Origin: Candidatus Sericytochromatia bacterium | GTDB lineage: Bacteria > Cyanobacteriota > Sericytochromatia > S15B-MN24 > UBA4093 | Length of the DNA stretch: 64,000 nucleotides | Assembly (NCBI GenBank): GCA_036676495.1 | Contig: JAKFCT010000045.1 | Location: forward strand, 1-64,000 | Direction of reading: 5' to 3' | In this document: in pieces, positions 19,471 through 27,895 of the stretch | Position numbering within the stretch: the stretch's first letter is position 1 | How the letters are laid out: each line of letters starts with the position of its first letter | Position numbers and translations under genes: made by a program | Notes under the pieces: generated by a model | The model's input: only the letters and a program-made list of their open reading frames with translations | Databases searched by the model: none | Told to the model about the DNA's origin: nothing

Positions 19471-20049
19471 CTACTCCTCCTTCCACCAGATCACGCGCGT
19501 GAACTCCTCGCGCGGGAGGTGCGTGCTCTCGACTTGGCTTCCGGAGAAGGCTTTCTTCAGCTCCTTGCCGATCCGATCGGCCAGGAACTCGTTGACCGTC
19601 CAGACGTGCATCTCCTCGTCCTGCTCCTCGATCAGCCCGATGCGGGAATGCGGGTTGGTGGCGCGCAGGTGGGCCTCTTCGTTGTAGATGGTGTTGAGGA
19701 TCTGCTCGCGATGCTTGGCGAGAACCGGACCCTTGAGCGTGACCTGGCCCTTGAAGTCCTTGCGCTCGATGGCGATGCAACTCGGGCAGACGATCTCGCT
19801 GATCTTGGGATCCTGGCGCAGCCGCTGGTACTCGGCCTCGTCGAGGTGCCAGTGCTTGGGGTGGTAAATCGCATGGCAGCGTCCGCAGACCGCGACGTTT
19901 CCCGTGATGTCGGGGGCGGCGTCCGCGTTATGGGCTTCGTCCGGCCTGAGATGGTCGACCCGCCTCCCCATCGTCCGGCGCTTCTCGTCTTGATTTCCCC
20001 TCAGCGGATCCTTGCCGAGCGGGTACTTGGTGGAGAATCCTCGGCTCAT
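19471..20049 (-). CDS. BCAM0308-family protein
   Basis: VCGRCHAIY..KHW, CPSC, NPHSRI, TVNEFLADRIGKELKKAF, RVIW. Confidence 0.8.
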   Translation of the reverse strand: MSRGFSTKYPLGKDPLRGNQDEKRRTMGRRVDHLRPDEAHNADAAPDITGNVAVCGRCHAIYHPKHWHLDEAEYQRLRQDPKISEIVCPSCIAIERKDFKGQVTLKGPVLAKHREQILNTIYNEEAHLRATNPHSRIGLIEEQDEEMHVWTVNEFLADRIGKELKKAFSGSQVESTHLPREEFTRVIWWKEE

Positions 20050-20195
20050 GGCGGCCCCCTTCCTTGAAGCAGGAATGTAAAGAAAGGTGTTCTCGTGCGC
20101 GAGTATACCTCCCCCCTCCGGAACGCGGCGACAACGGGCCGGGGGTCCGGAACGGAGCCCCGCGAGATTGGGGGGGGCGTTCGCGTCTGGGGGAG

Positions 20196-20753
20196 CTAGG
20201 GCTTCGCCTGGCGGATCTGGCCGAAGATGTAGCGTGTGAGCTTGCTGCGGGCGGCCGCCGTCGGCTCGAAGCGGACGGTGGCTTTCTTGCCCGTCGGGGC
20301 GGGCTCGACGTGGGCGGGAATCCGCAGGGCGTCCTTGCCGAGGTAGAGGGTGACCTCGACGGGGACGTCGGCGGGCAAGGGACGGTTGAGATCGAGGTGG
20401 GCGCGCTCTCCCGTCAGATCCTGGGTGAAGCCGGAGGCGATCAGGTTCTGCGAGCCCGGCTTCTCCCAGACGTCGACGGCGATCCGCTGGTCGATCCGGG
20501 CAGGCTTCGGCTTGGGGCGCGGCAGACAGACCTGGACGGTGGTGAGGCAGCGCATGTCGCCATGCCCGAAGGCCTGGGTTCGCTTGCCTTTCCAGGTGAC
20601 GGAGCCCGTGGCGGGCAGCACGGAGCGCGGGTCATGCTCGACCCGGATGGCGATCGTGATGGCTTCCTCGGTGACCTCGACGATCTCGCCGGAGTACTCC
20701 TCGTCCCCCAGCCGGACGGCGATGGTCTGGCCCACCTGGGGCGCGCGCGACAT
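20196..20753 (-). CDS. PilZ-like domain protein
   Basis: RxxxR (RIDQR) and degenerate DLTG motif, C-terminal VRF...LTRYIF. Confidence 0.55.
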   Translation of the reverse strand: MSRAPQVGQTIAVRLGDEEYSGEIVEVTEEAITIAIRVEHDPRSVLPATGSVTWKGKRTQAFGHGDMRCLTTVQVCLPRPKPKPARIDQRIAVDVWEKPGSQNLIASGFTQDLTGERAHLDLNRPLPADVPVEVTLYLGKDALRIPAHVEPAPTGKKATVRFEPTAAARSKLTRYIFGQIRQAKP

Positions 20754-20865
20754 GACGACCTCCGATTGCGAGTGGCCTGCCTACCGGACCACGGGTGCTA
20801 GCCGTGCCTCATTATACCCGTCGCACGGCCGCAAAAGGCGGCGACGCCGGCCAGCCGGGCGCGGG

Positions 20866-22113
20866 TTAGCGGTTCAGGTGAATGGCGTTGGAGTAGCCCA
20901 GGAGCGCGCGCCGGCTGCTGCGGCGGCGAAGGAGGCGCTGGCGCCTGCGGTGGCCGCGCCAGCGGACGACGCCGAAGACCAGCGCCGAGAGGGCTCCCCC
21001 CTTGAGGAACCACGCGAGGACCGGGGCCAGCTCGGTGGTGAGCGGAGGAGCGACGGAAACCGCGGACGCGGCCGTCAAGGGGAAGGTGGCGACCAGTTTC
21101 TCGCCTTGCTTCACGTGGAATGTCCCGATCTTCTGGCCCGCGACGACCGGGGCCTGAACGGCGGGATCGAGTTCGTAGGAGGTGCTGACGGCCCCCTTGA
21201 AGCCGGGGCCGACGGTGACCGAGACATCCTGGGGAAGGATGGCTGCGACCTGGGAGTCGCGTCCCTTCTGGACCGTGACCTTGGCGATGGTGGTGCCTGC
21301 CTTGGCGACGGGCTCGGACTTGAAGTTGTCGAGGCCGTAGTTGAGGAGGGCCTCGGCGTCCTCCCACATCTGGGGAGCGTCGAGCAGGGCTTCGATGACG
21401 TAGCGGCCGTCTCGCTTGGCGGATCCCACGAAGCAGCGGCCGGCGACGGAGGTGTAGCCGGTCTTGCCGCCATAGGCGCCGGGGAAGTAGCGCAGCAGCT
21501 TGTTGTGGTTGACGAGCACGCGCCGCTCGATCCGGCCGTTGCCGGGAACCTCGAGGGCCTTGGTGGTCGTGATCTTGGCGAACTCGGGGTTGGAGAGGGC
21601 GTAGCGCGCGATCATGGCCATGTCGTAGGCCGAGGAGAAGTGCTCGTCGGCGGGGAGGCCGTGCGGATTGGTGTACTGGGTGTTTTTGAGGCCCAGTGCC
21701 TTGGCCTTGTCGTTCATGAGGCCCACGAAGCGGTCGGTCGAGCCGCCCACGTACTCGGCCACGGCGTTGCTGGCGTCGTTGCCGGAGTTGAGCATGACCC
21801 CGTAGAGCAGTTGCTCGAAGGTGAGGCGCTCACCGGGCTCGAGGTAGATGCTGGAGCCCGCGATGTCGGAGCTGCGCTTGCTCACGACGACCGTATCGCT
21901 GAGTTGCCCTCGCTCGAGGGCGACGATGCCGGTCATCATCTTGGTGGTGCTGGCCTGGGGAAGGCGCTGGTGGATGTTGCGTCCCCAGAGGATCTGGCCG
22001 GTGACTCCGTCGATCACGATGGCCGCACGGGCGGAGATCTCGGGGAGCGCATGGGCGCTCGGAGCGAGAGCTGCGATGAGGGCGGTCGTGAGAAGCGGGA
22101 TCTTCCAAGCCAA
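20866..22113 (-). CDS. D-alanyl-D-alanine carboxypeptidase (peptidase S11)
   Basis: Signal peptide, STTK, SGN, NPHGL, KTG motifs, PBP5 C-domain, C-terminal TM anchor. Confidence 0.92.
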   Translation of the reverse strand: MAWKIPLLTTALIAALAPSAHALPEISARAAIVIDGVTGQILWGRNIHQRLPQASTTKMMTGIVALERGQLSDTVVVSKRSSDIAGSSIYLEPGERLTFEQLLYGVMLNSGNDASNAVAEYVGGSTDRFVGLMNDKAKALGLKNTQYTNPHGLPADEHFSSAYDMAMIARYALSNPEFAKITTTKALEVPGNGRIERRVLVNHNKLLRYFPGAYGGKTGYTSVAGRCFVGSAKRDGRYVIEALLDAPQMWEDAEALLNYGLDNFKSEPVAKAGTTIAKVTVQKGRDSQVAAILPQDVSVTVGPGFKGAVSTSYELDPAVQAPVVAGQKIGTFHVKQGEKLVATFPLTAASAVSVAPPLTTELAPVLAWFLKGGALSALVFGVVRWRGHRRRQRLLRRRSSRRALLGYSNAIHLNR

Positions 22114-22369
22114 GGTCAGCCTCCGGAGTCACGATGCCACGGGGTCCGGTCGGAGCCCGTCGGGGGGAACGAAAGCCTGGGGGCATGTCAACAATGTGAT
22201 AGGTCGATTATAACCCCAGGCTGTCCACTTGAAATCCGCCGATGGTGAAAAATAGGTTAATCTTCTTGAAGCGGCGGGCTGGCAGGCTCGATCCTAGGGG
22301 ATCATGGCGTGAAGAAACCGTGATCCCGGCCACGCATGGTGCTTTGCGAGAAAGATTTCGCGAGAAGTG

Positions 22370-22399
22370 TTGACTCCCGTCTTTACCCAGTGATAATAT
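22370..22399 (+). promoter_or_regulatory. Promoter of tRNA-Lys
   Basis: TTGACT -35 and TGnTAATAT extended -10 about 33 nt upstream of the tRNA. Confidence 0.65.
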
Positions 22400-22431
22400 C
22401 AACCTTGTTGCAAGCGAAACGCAGGCGACGC

Positions 22432-22504
<73 letters not shown>

Positions 22505-22508
22505 CTAC

Positions 22509-22555
22509 GAAAGAAGCGGGTTCCGGCCGATAGCCGTGAGCCCGCTTTTCGTTTC
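22509..22555. terminator. Hairpin between the convergent tRNA and DMT gene
   Basis: gaaagaagcggg...cccgcttttc inverted repeat with T runs on both strands. Confidence 0.6.
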
Positions 22556-22633
22556 TCCCGCTTCCATCAGAATGCAAGCACGGCCCCCGCCACCATGCCG
22601 GTGGCGGGGGCCGTGCTCCAACGGATCCGGGGC

Positions 22634-23005
22634 TCAGGAGCGCGCGACCATGAGGACGCCGGTGACGATGATGCACGCGCCTGCCCATCGCAACGGCGAG
22701 ACGGCCTCTCCGAGAAAGAGCCATGAGGTCAGCAGCACGAAGACGTACCCCAGCCCCAGCATGGGGTAGGCCATGCTGACGTCCATCCGGGACAGGACGA
22801 TGATCCACATCGCCGCCCCCAGGCCGTAGCAGGCGAGCCCTGTGACGATCATGGGGCTGGTTGCGACCGAGAAGGCGAGATTCGGCAGGTTGGCGAGAGC
22901 GGCTCCGCCGATGGGACCTAGCTTGGCCACGCCCGCCTTCATGGCGAGCTGGCCGCAGACCCCCACCAGAACCGATGCCAGGACGAGGAGAATCGAGGCT
23001 CCCAT
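22634..23005 (-). CDS. Small 4-TM DMT/EamA protein (ArnE/ArnF-like flippase candidate)
   Basis: GQLAMK, WIIVLSRMDVSMAYP, LFLGEAVSPLRWAG; start at ATG 23005. Confidence 0.85.
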   Translation of the reverse strand: MGASILLVLASVLVGVCGQLAMKAGVAKLGPIGGAALANLPNLAFSVATSPMIVTGLACYGLGAAMWIIVLSRMDVSMAYPMLGLGYVFVLLTSWLFLGEAVSPLRWAGACIIVTGVLMVARS

Positions 23006-23010
23006 GGCGC

Positions 23011-24246
23011 CTACACCACTGCCGCGGGCCGCTCGCGCAACGGCTGCCTGAACCGTAGGCGAGCAAACCAGCTGGAGAGCGTCACGGCCCCGAGGGTGAG
23101 GACCAGCGGGTAGTAGGGCACCAGGTAGCGTGCCTCCAGCGACGGGAGGGCATGGATCACGACCGCGTAACCGAGGGTTGTCCCGAGGATCCAGCGCGGG
23201 AGCCGGGGGATGCGGAACAGCCCCAGGATGGCCAGCCCCAGGAGGCTCAGCTGCAGGCCGGTGAAGCCGGCGAAGATCCACGGATGGGAGTCCGCGAGCT
23301 GTCGCGTCCCGGGAAAGGCCGACCAGCAGCGCAGCGTCCGTTCGAGGCAGTAGCCCGCGTAGCGGAGGGGATCGGCCAGGATGCGCTCCCGGGCCGCCTT
23401 GGCAAAGCGAGGCGCGGCTTGGTAGTCGATGTAGTTGTCGGTACCGGCAATCCGCAGGAGGTCGGCCTGGAATTCCGGATCCTGCTTCAAGGCCTCCTTC
23501 AGGCCGAGCACGAGGGGGCTGTGGTAGGTCCCCTGCCACATGTTGTAGGGGCCAAGGCTGGCGACCGGGGTGAGGGTGCCGGTCACCTGGTAGTTGCGCA
23601 CGATCCACGGGGCGAGCGTGAGGCCGAAACTCAGGGCCACGACACTCACGAAGCGCCACGGCACGCCCACCCTCAACAGCAGGAGAAACGCGACCGGTAA
23701 GAGCAGCAAGGTCGGGCGGGTCAGCGTCGCCAAGCCCAGGAGGATGCCGACCAAGAGGGCTTTGCGCCCGGAGAAGGGCTTCCCGGTCAGCATCACGGCG
23801 ATGGCGCCGATGAACAACAAGGTAAAGTGGGCTTCTGAAACCACCATGGAAGAGGCCGCCTGGATCGGGGGGTAAAGGGCGATGGCCAGCCCCGCGAGTA
23901 TCCCGGCACCGGTTCCTCCGAGCCGCCGTCCGATCAGGAAGCACAAGACGACGAGCAGCCCGGTGAGTCCCGCCTGCAGCGGGAAGACGGCCTGCGGGCC
24001 CAGGGTCGCATAGACGGCCGCCAGGAAGGCAGGGTACAGGGGCGGACGCATGGTGGTGGGGGCACCGTTCGAGGAGAACCCGTTGCCTGCAAGCAGCGAG
24101 CTGGCGATCTCTTGGTACTCGATGGCATCGCCTTGCAGGATTTGCTCGCCGAACGCGGGGAGGTGCAGCGCCCGAGCCATCACGGCTCCGCTCAACAGGC
24201 TCAGGACGAAGAGCAGGATCGGAATCCAGCGACGGAGGTTCTTCAT
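23011..24246 (-). CDS. ArnT/PMT-like (GT-C fold) membrane glycosyltransferase
   Basis: GDAIEY, RPPLYP, SEAHF, LTRP, PWIVRNY, RYLVP; multiple TM helices. Confidence 0.85.
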   Translation of the reverse strand: MKNLRRWIPILLFVLSLLSGAVMARALHLPAFGEQILQGDAIEYQEIASSLLAGNGFSSNGAPTTMRPPLYPAFLAAVYATLGPQAVFPLQAGLTGLLVVLCFLIGRRLGGTGAGILAGLAIALYPPIQAASSMVVSEAHFTLLFIGAIAVMLTGKPFSGRKALLVGILLGLATLTRPTLLLLPVAFLLLLRVGVPWRFVSVVALSFGLTLAPWIVRNYQVTGTLTPVASLGPYNMWQGTYHSPLVLGLKEALKQDPEFQADLLRIAGTDNYIDYQAAPRFAKAARERILADPLRYAGYCLERTLRCWSAFPGTRQLADSHPWIFAGFTGLQLSLLGLAILGLFRIPRLPRWILGTTLGYAVVIHALPSLEARYLVPYYPLVLTLGAVTLSSWFARLRFRQPLRERPAAVV

Positions 24247-24257
24247 TTCGGGCTCCT

Positions 24258-25256
24258 TTAGCGCTGGCCTTCCAGCGCGAGGGAGCCGGGAGCGGTGCCG
24301 GTCGCGCTGGGAGTGAGGTTGAGCAGATCCCGGACGATGTAGAGCGGGCGCTGCTTCACTTCGTCATAGATGCGGCCGAGATACTCGCCGATGATGCCCA
24401 GCGTGATCAGCTGGATGCCGCCCAGAAGCAGGGAGCAGACCATGAGGGAGGCCCACCCGGTGATGGTGACGTTGCTGAAGAGCCGGAGGCCGATGACGAT
24501 GGCGATGCCGACGAAGGCGATCGCCGAGGTGACAAAGCCAAGGTAGCTCGCCAGTTGCAGCGGGAAGAAGGAGAAGCCGGTGATCCCGTCCAGGGCGAAC
24601 TTGAGCATCTTCTTGAGCGGGTACTTGGTCTCCCCGGCAAAGCGCTCGTCGCGGACGAACGGGACGCCGATCTGGCGAAAGCCGATCCAGCTCACCAGGC
24701 CGCGAACGTAGCGATGCTTCTCCCGGATCCGGGCAAGCGCATCGACGGCTGCGCGGCTCATGAGGCGGAAATCCCCAGTGTCGAGGGGGATGTCCACGTT
24801 GGTGATGCGTCGGATCAGGCGGTAATACGCCATGGCGGTCGTCTTCTTGAAGAGGGATTCCCCGCGACGCGAGGTCCGGACCGCGTAGACGATATCGAAG
24901 CCCTCGCGCCACTTCGCGATCATCTCGGGAATGAGCTCCGGGGGATCCTGCAGGTCGGCATCGATGATGACCACCGCTTGACCCGAGGAGTAGTCCATGC
25001 CGGCCGTGATGGCCGCTTGGTGGCCGAAGTTTCGGGAAAAGTTGATGACCTTCACCCGCGGATCGGCCGCACTCAGCGCGCTGGCGCGCTCGAGGGAGGC
25101 GTCCCGGCTGCCGTCGTTGACCAGAATGAGCTCGTAGGGGTCGCCGATCCCCCCCATGACGGAGGTCATGCGCCGATAGAGCTCCGAGATGCCTTCGGCT
25201 TCGTTGTAGATGGGGATGATCACGGAAATGACAGGAGCTTGAGCACGTTCTCGCAT
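24258..25256 (-). CDS. GT2 polyprenyl-phosphate glycosyltransferase (GtrB/ArnC-like)
   Basis: IPIYNE, NDGSRD, SRNFGHQAA, DADLQDPPE, GDFRL, two C-terminal TMs, GEYLGRIY. Confidence 0.92.
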   Translation of the reverse strand: MRERAQAPVISVIIPIYNEAEGISELYRRMTSVMGGIGDPYELILVNDGSRDASLERASALSAADPRVKVINFSRNFGHQAAITAGMDYSSGQAVVIIDADLQDPPELIPEMIAKWREGFDIVYAVRTSRRGESLFKKTTAMAYYRLIRRITNVDIPLDTGDFRLMSRAAVDALARIREKHRYVRGLVSWIGFRQIGVPFVRDERFAGETKYPLKKMLKFALDGITGFSFFPLQLASYLGFVTSAIAFVGIAIVIGLRLFSNVTITGWASLMVCSLLLGGIQLITLGIIGEYLGRIYDEVKQRPLYIVRDLLNLTPSATGTAPGSLALEGQR

Positions 25257-25331
25257 GAGGCTTCCTCCACTGGGCTACAGAGATGCTTGATTGCTTGCCC
25301 AATCAGCTTACCGAAGTCATGTCATGGGGGA

Positions 25332-25352
25332 CTTGGTGCAATTTGCACAAAG
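25332..25352. promoter_or_regulatory. Palindromic operator candidate upstream of the glycosylation operon
   Basis: CTTGGTGCAA-T-TTGCACAAAG, 10-1-10 inverted repeat with one mismatch. Confidence 0.45.
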
Positions 25353-25647
25353 ATTTTGGAGGCCTGATCGCAGGCCCGATTCCGCCCGCCGCCTGGCTCT
25401 CCGCTCGGCCCCGCCTCGCGCACGCCCCCATGAGGCCTGGGGATCGCCGCTCTGCTTGCTACCCGTCATGCGGCTGCCGTCACCTCGCCCCGCACCGCGG
25501 GGGTGGGGGGGACGCGGGGCGAAGGGGCCCGTGCTACCGAGCGGGACCCGATTTCGCTTGCCTGATCGTTCGACCCTGACTTAGGATGCTTGCCTGAGCA
25601 CCCGCTGAAACCCGTCATCCGGGTGTCGTTACGCTGGAGGAAACCCC

Positions 25648-26103
25648 ATGCAATCGACCGCTTCCACTCTTGATGCTTATCTCGAAAGCCTTCCGGAAGA
25701 CCGGAAGGAGGCGATCGCCAAGCTGCGCGCCGTCATCCAGGAAAACCTTCCCGCCGGCTTCGAGGAAACCATGTCCTACGGCATGATCGGCTACGTCGTG
25801 CCCCATGCCCTCTACCCGGCGGGTTACCACTGCGATCCCAAGCAGCCCCTGCCGTTCCTCAGCATCGCCTCGCAGAAGAGCCACGTCGCCGTCTACCACA
25901 TGGGCCTCTACGCCATGCCTGATTTGCTCGCGTGGTTCACGGAGCTGTGGGCCGTCGAATCCAAGCGCAAGCTCGACATGGGTAAGAGCTGCATCCGCTT
26001 GAAGAAGCCCGAGGACATTCCCTACCGCCTGATCGGTGAGCTCGCCTCCAAGCTCACCCCCCAGCAGTGGATCGCGGCCTACGAGCAGGGCCTCAAGCGC
26101 TGA
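25648..26103 (+). CDS. DUF1801 (YdhG-like) protein
   Basis: YGMIGYVVPHALYPAGYHC, LDMGKSCIR motifs. Confidence 0.85.
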   Translation: MQSTASTLDAYLESLPEDRKEAIAKLRAVIQENLPAGFEETMSYGMIGYVVPHALYPAGYHCDPKQPLPFLSIASQKSHVAVYHMGLYAMPDLLAWFTELWAVESKRKLDMGKSCIRLKKPEDIPYRLIGELASKLTPQQWIAAYEQGLKR

Positions 26104-26112
26104 TCCGGACAG

Positions 26113-26191
26113 CAGGAAGCCCGCCGGGGTGTGAGGCCGGCGGGCTCGGTTCAGAGAGGCATCGGGGGCGGGTGTGAGTCGCTCCCGATGC
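26113..26191 (-). ncRNA. Candidate two-hairpin sRNA, copy 1 (CUCACACC loops)
   Basis: Two GC-rich stems with loops ACUCACACC and CCUCACACC; near-identical copy about 960 bp away; TGnCAAGAT just upstream. Confidence 0.55.
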
Positions 26192-26250
26192 TTTTATCTT
26201 GCCACGGACGGGCGATTCCCGGCGTCACCGGCGTCGCCTCCGGACCGTGA

Positions 26251-27015
26251 TCATGCTTTCGCCCGCTTGTTCGCCTTGGAAGCCTGGTAGGCCTCCAGCA
26301 GGGCCTCGCGCTCCCGTGCCGGAAGGTGCTTGGAGCCTTCCCGCAAGGTCAGCCCGGAGACCCGGTCCAGATGTTCCTCCAGAAAGCCCAGCGCCAGCTT
26401 GGGTCGCTTTCGCGAGACATCCCGCAGCACCCAGCCGATCGCCTTGCGGATGAAGAACTCCTTTTCGCCCAGCATGCCCGAGGCGAGGCGCGAGAAGCTC
26501 GCGAAGTCTCCCTGCCCCGCCCTCAGGCTCTCCAAATGGGAAAGCAGGGCCGAGCGTCGTAGCCACATCCATTCCTCCCGGCTCCAGCGTTCCCTGACCG
26601 TCTCGCTATCGGGCATTCGCTCGACCAGCGGTCCCACAACCTTCACTGCCAGCCAATCTACGTGAGCCCAGGTGTTGCATTGGCGCAGGAGGTCTTCGAG
26701 CAGGGGAAGGTCCGATGCCTCCAGCCGCTCGCGATAGGCCTCCAGGACGGCGATCGCCAGCGATCTCAGCTCGTGGACGGGAGGGCGCCAGAGCGCCCGG
26801 ATCACCTCCACGAGATCCGCGTGCGGGAGCGCCGGGAACTCCCGGCGCAAGCGCTTGGCCACGGAGCGGATGACGGGCACTCCCGTCCCGATGAACGCGA
26901 GGTCGCTCTTGAGGTAGGCCTTCTCTCCTTCGGCCCTTTCGGCGTTGCCCGCTTCGCGCAGCGTCGGTTCGAGCGCTGCGAGCCAGTGCGTGAGGGCTTC
27001 CTGCATCGTCGTCAT
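26251..27015 (-). CDS. DNA alkylation repair protein (AlkD-like HEAT repeat)
   Basis: AYLKS..FIG, NTWAHVD, EFFIRKAIGWVLRD, LTLREGSKHL; start could be 27006, 27015 or 27045. Confidence 0.85.
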   Translation of the reverse strand: MTTMQEALTHWLAALEPTLREAGNAERAEGEKAYLKSDLAFIGTGVPVIRSVAKRLRREFPALPHADLVEVIRALWRPPVHELRSLAIAVLEAYRERLEASDLPLLEDLLRQCNTWAHVDWLAVKVVGPLVERMPDSETVRERWSREEWMWLRRSALLSHLESLRAGQGDFASFSRLASGMLGEKEFFIRKAIGWVLRDVSRKRPKLALGFLEEHLDRVSGLTLREGSKHLPAREREALLEAYQASKANKRAKA

Positions 27016-27071
27016 CCTTCCTGATCCGAATCCTGCCGCGTTCATGATACCCGCGGGGGCCTTCCGGACAG

Positions 27072-27151
27072 CAAGAAGCCCGCCGGGGTGTGAGGCCGGC
27101 GGGCTCGGTTCAGAGAGGCCATCGGGGGCGGGTGTGAGTCACCCCCGATGC
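27072..27151 (-). ncRNA. Candidate two-hairpin sRNA, copy 2 (CUCACACC loops)
   Basis: Same structure as 26113-26191 with pairing-compatible substitutions; TGnGAAGAT just upstream. Confidence 0.55.
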
Positions 27152-27235
27152 TTTTATCTTCTCACCCGCGGCCCCATCCGGCTGTCGCCTCGGCCCCGCT
27201 GCGGGTGTGATCCTGCTTTCGCCCGCTTGAACGCT

Positions 27236-27892
27236 TCAGGGGCTCAGCACGCCCACCCGCCGCCCATGCCAGGCCGCATCGTCCAGCGACGCGATCATCC
27301 AGCGGGCCAGGGCCTCCATGCTCACGCGAAGCGGGCCCTCGGGCAGCACGTCCGCGCGGACGCTCAAAGGCTGCATGCGATCGCCCTCCACCAGCTCCGG
27401 CGGGCAAACCAGCGTCCACTCCAGCTCCGAGGCCGCCAGCAGCTCCCAGACCCGCAGATGCCTTTCGGCGCCCGCCCTGAACGCCTCGGGATAGCCCGGC
27501 CGCTCGCACCGCAGCCGCTGGGCGTCCAGCTGCAGGATCCCCGCCGAGGCGATCGCCATCAGGCGCGTGAGGCCGCCGTGTCGCATGCCTTCCACCAGGT
27601 GACGGATTCCCAGTTCCAGCACGTCGGCGGTCTCGGCGGAGCGCCGGTAGCCCAGCGCGCTGATCACGGCGTCATGGCCCGCGACGGCTTCGGAGACGGC
27701 CGCTGCGTCCCGGACGTCGATCGATGCGAGCGTGAGCAAGGGGTGGCTGATGTCCAAGGCTTGGGGGGAGCGCGAGAGGGCCGTCACGGCATGCCCCTGA
27801 AGCAGGGCTTCTCGCACGATCCGGCTTCCCAGCCGTCCGGAGGCTCCGGCGATCAGGATCCGCTGGGGGGCATTCGACGTCTCGCGCGGCAT
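27236..27892 (-). CDS. NAD(P)H-binding oxidoreductase (atypical SDR, flavin reductase-like)
   Basis: IAGASGRLG Rossmann motif, HDAVISALG, LEWTLVCP. Confidence 0.85.
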   Translation of the reverse strand: MPRETSNAPQRILIAGASGRLGSRIVREALLQGHAVTALSRSPQALDISHPLLTLASIDVRDAAAVSEAVAGHDAVISALGYRRSAETADVLELGIRHLVEGMRHGGLTRLMAIASAGILQLDAQRLRCERPGYPEAFRAGAERHLRVWELLAASELEWTLVCPPELVEGDRMQPLSVRADVLPEGPLRVSMEALARWMIASLDDAAWHGRRVGVLSP

Positions 27893-27895
27893 GAG

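Noticed and set aside
26105-27229. Direct repeats as a CRISPR array or IS ends
   Set aside because: Only two copies about 960 bp apart around a normal gene; no spacers, cas genes or transposase
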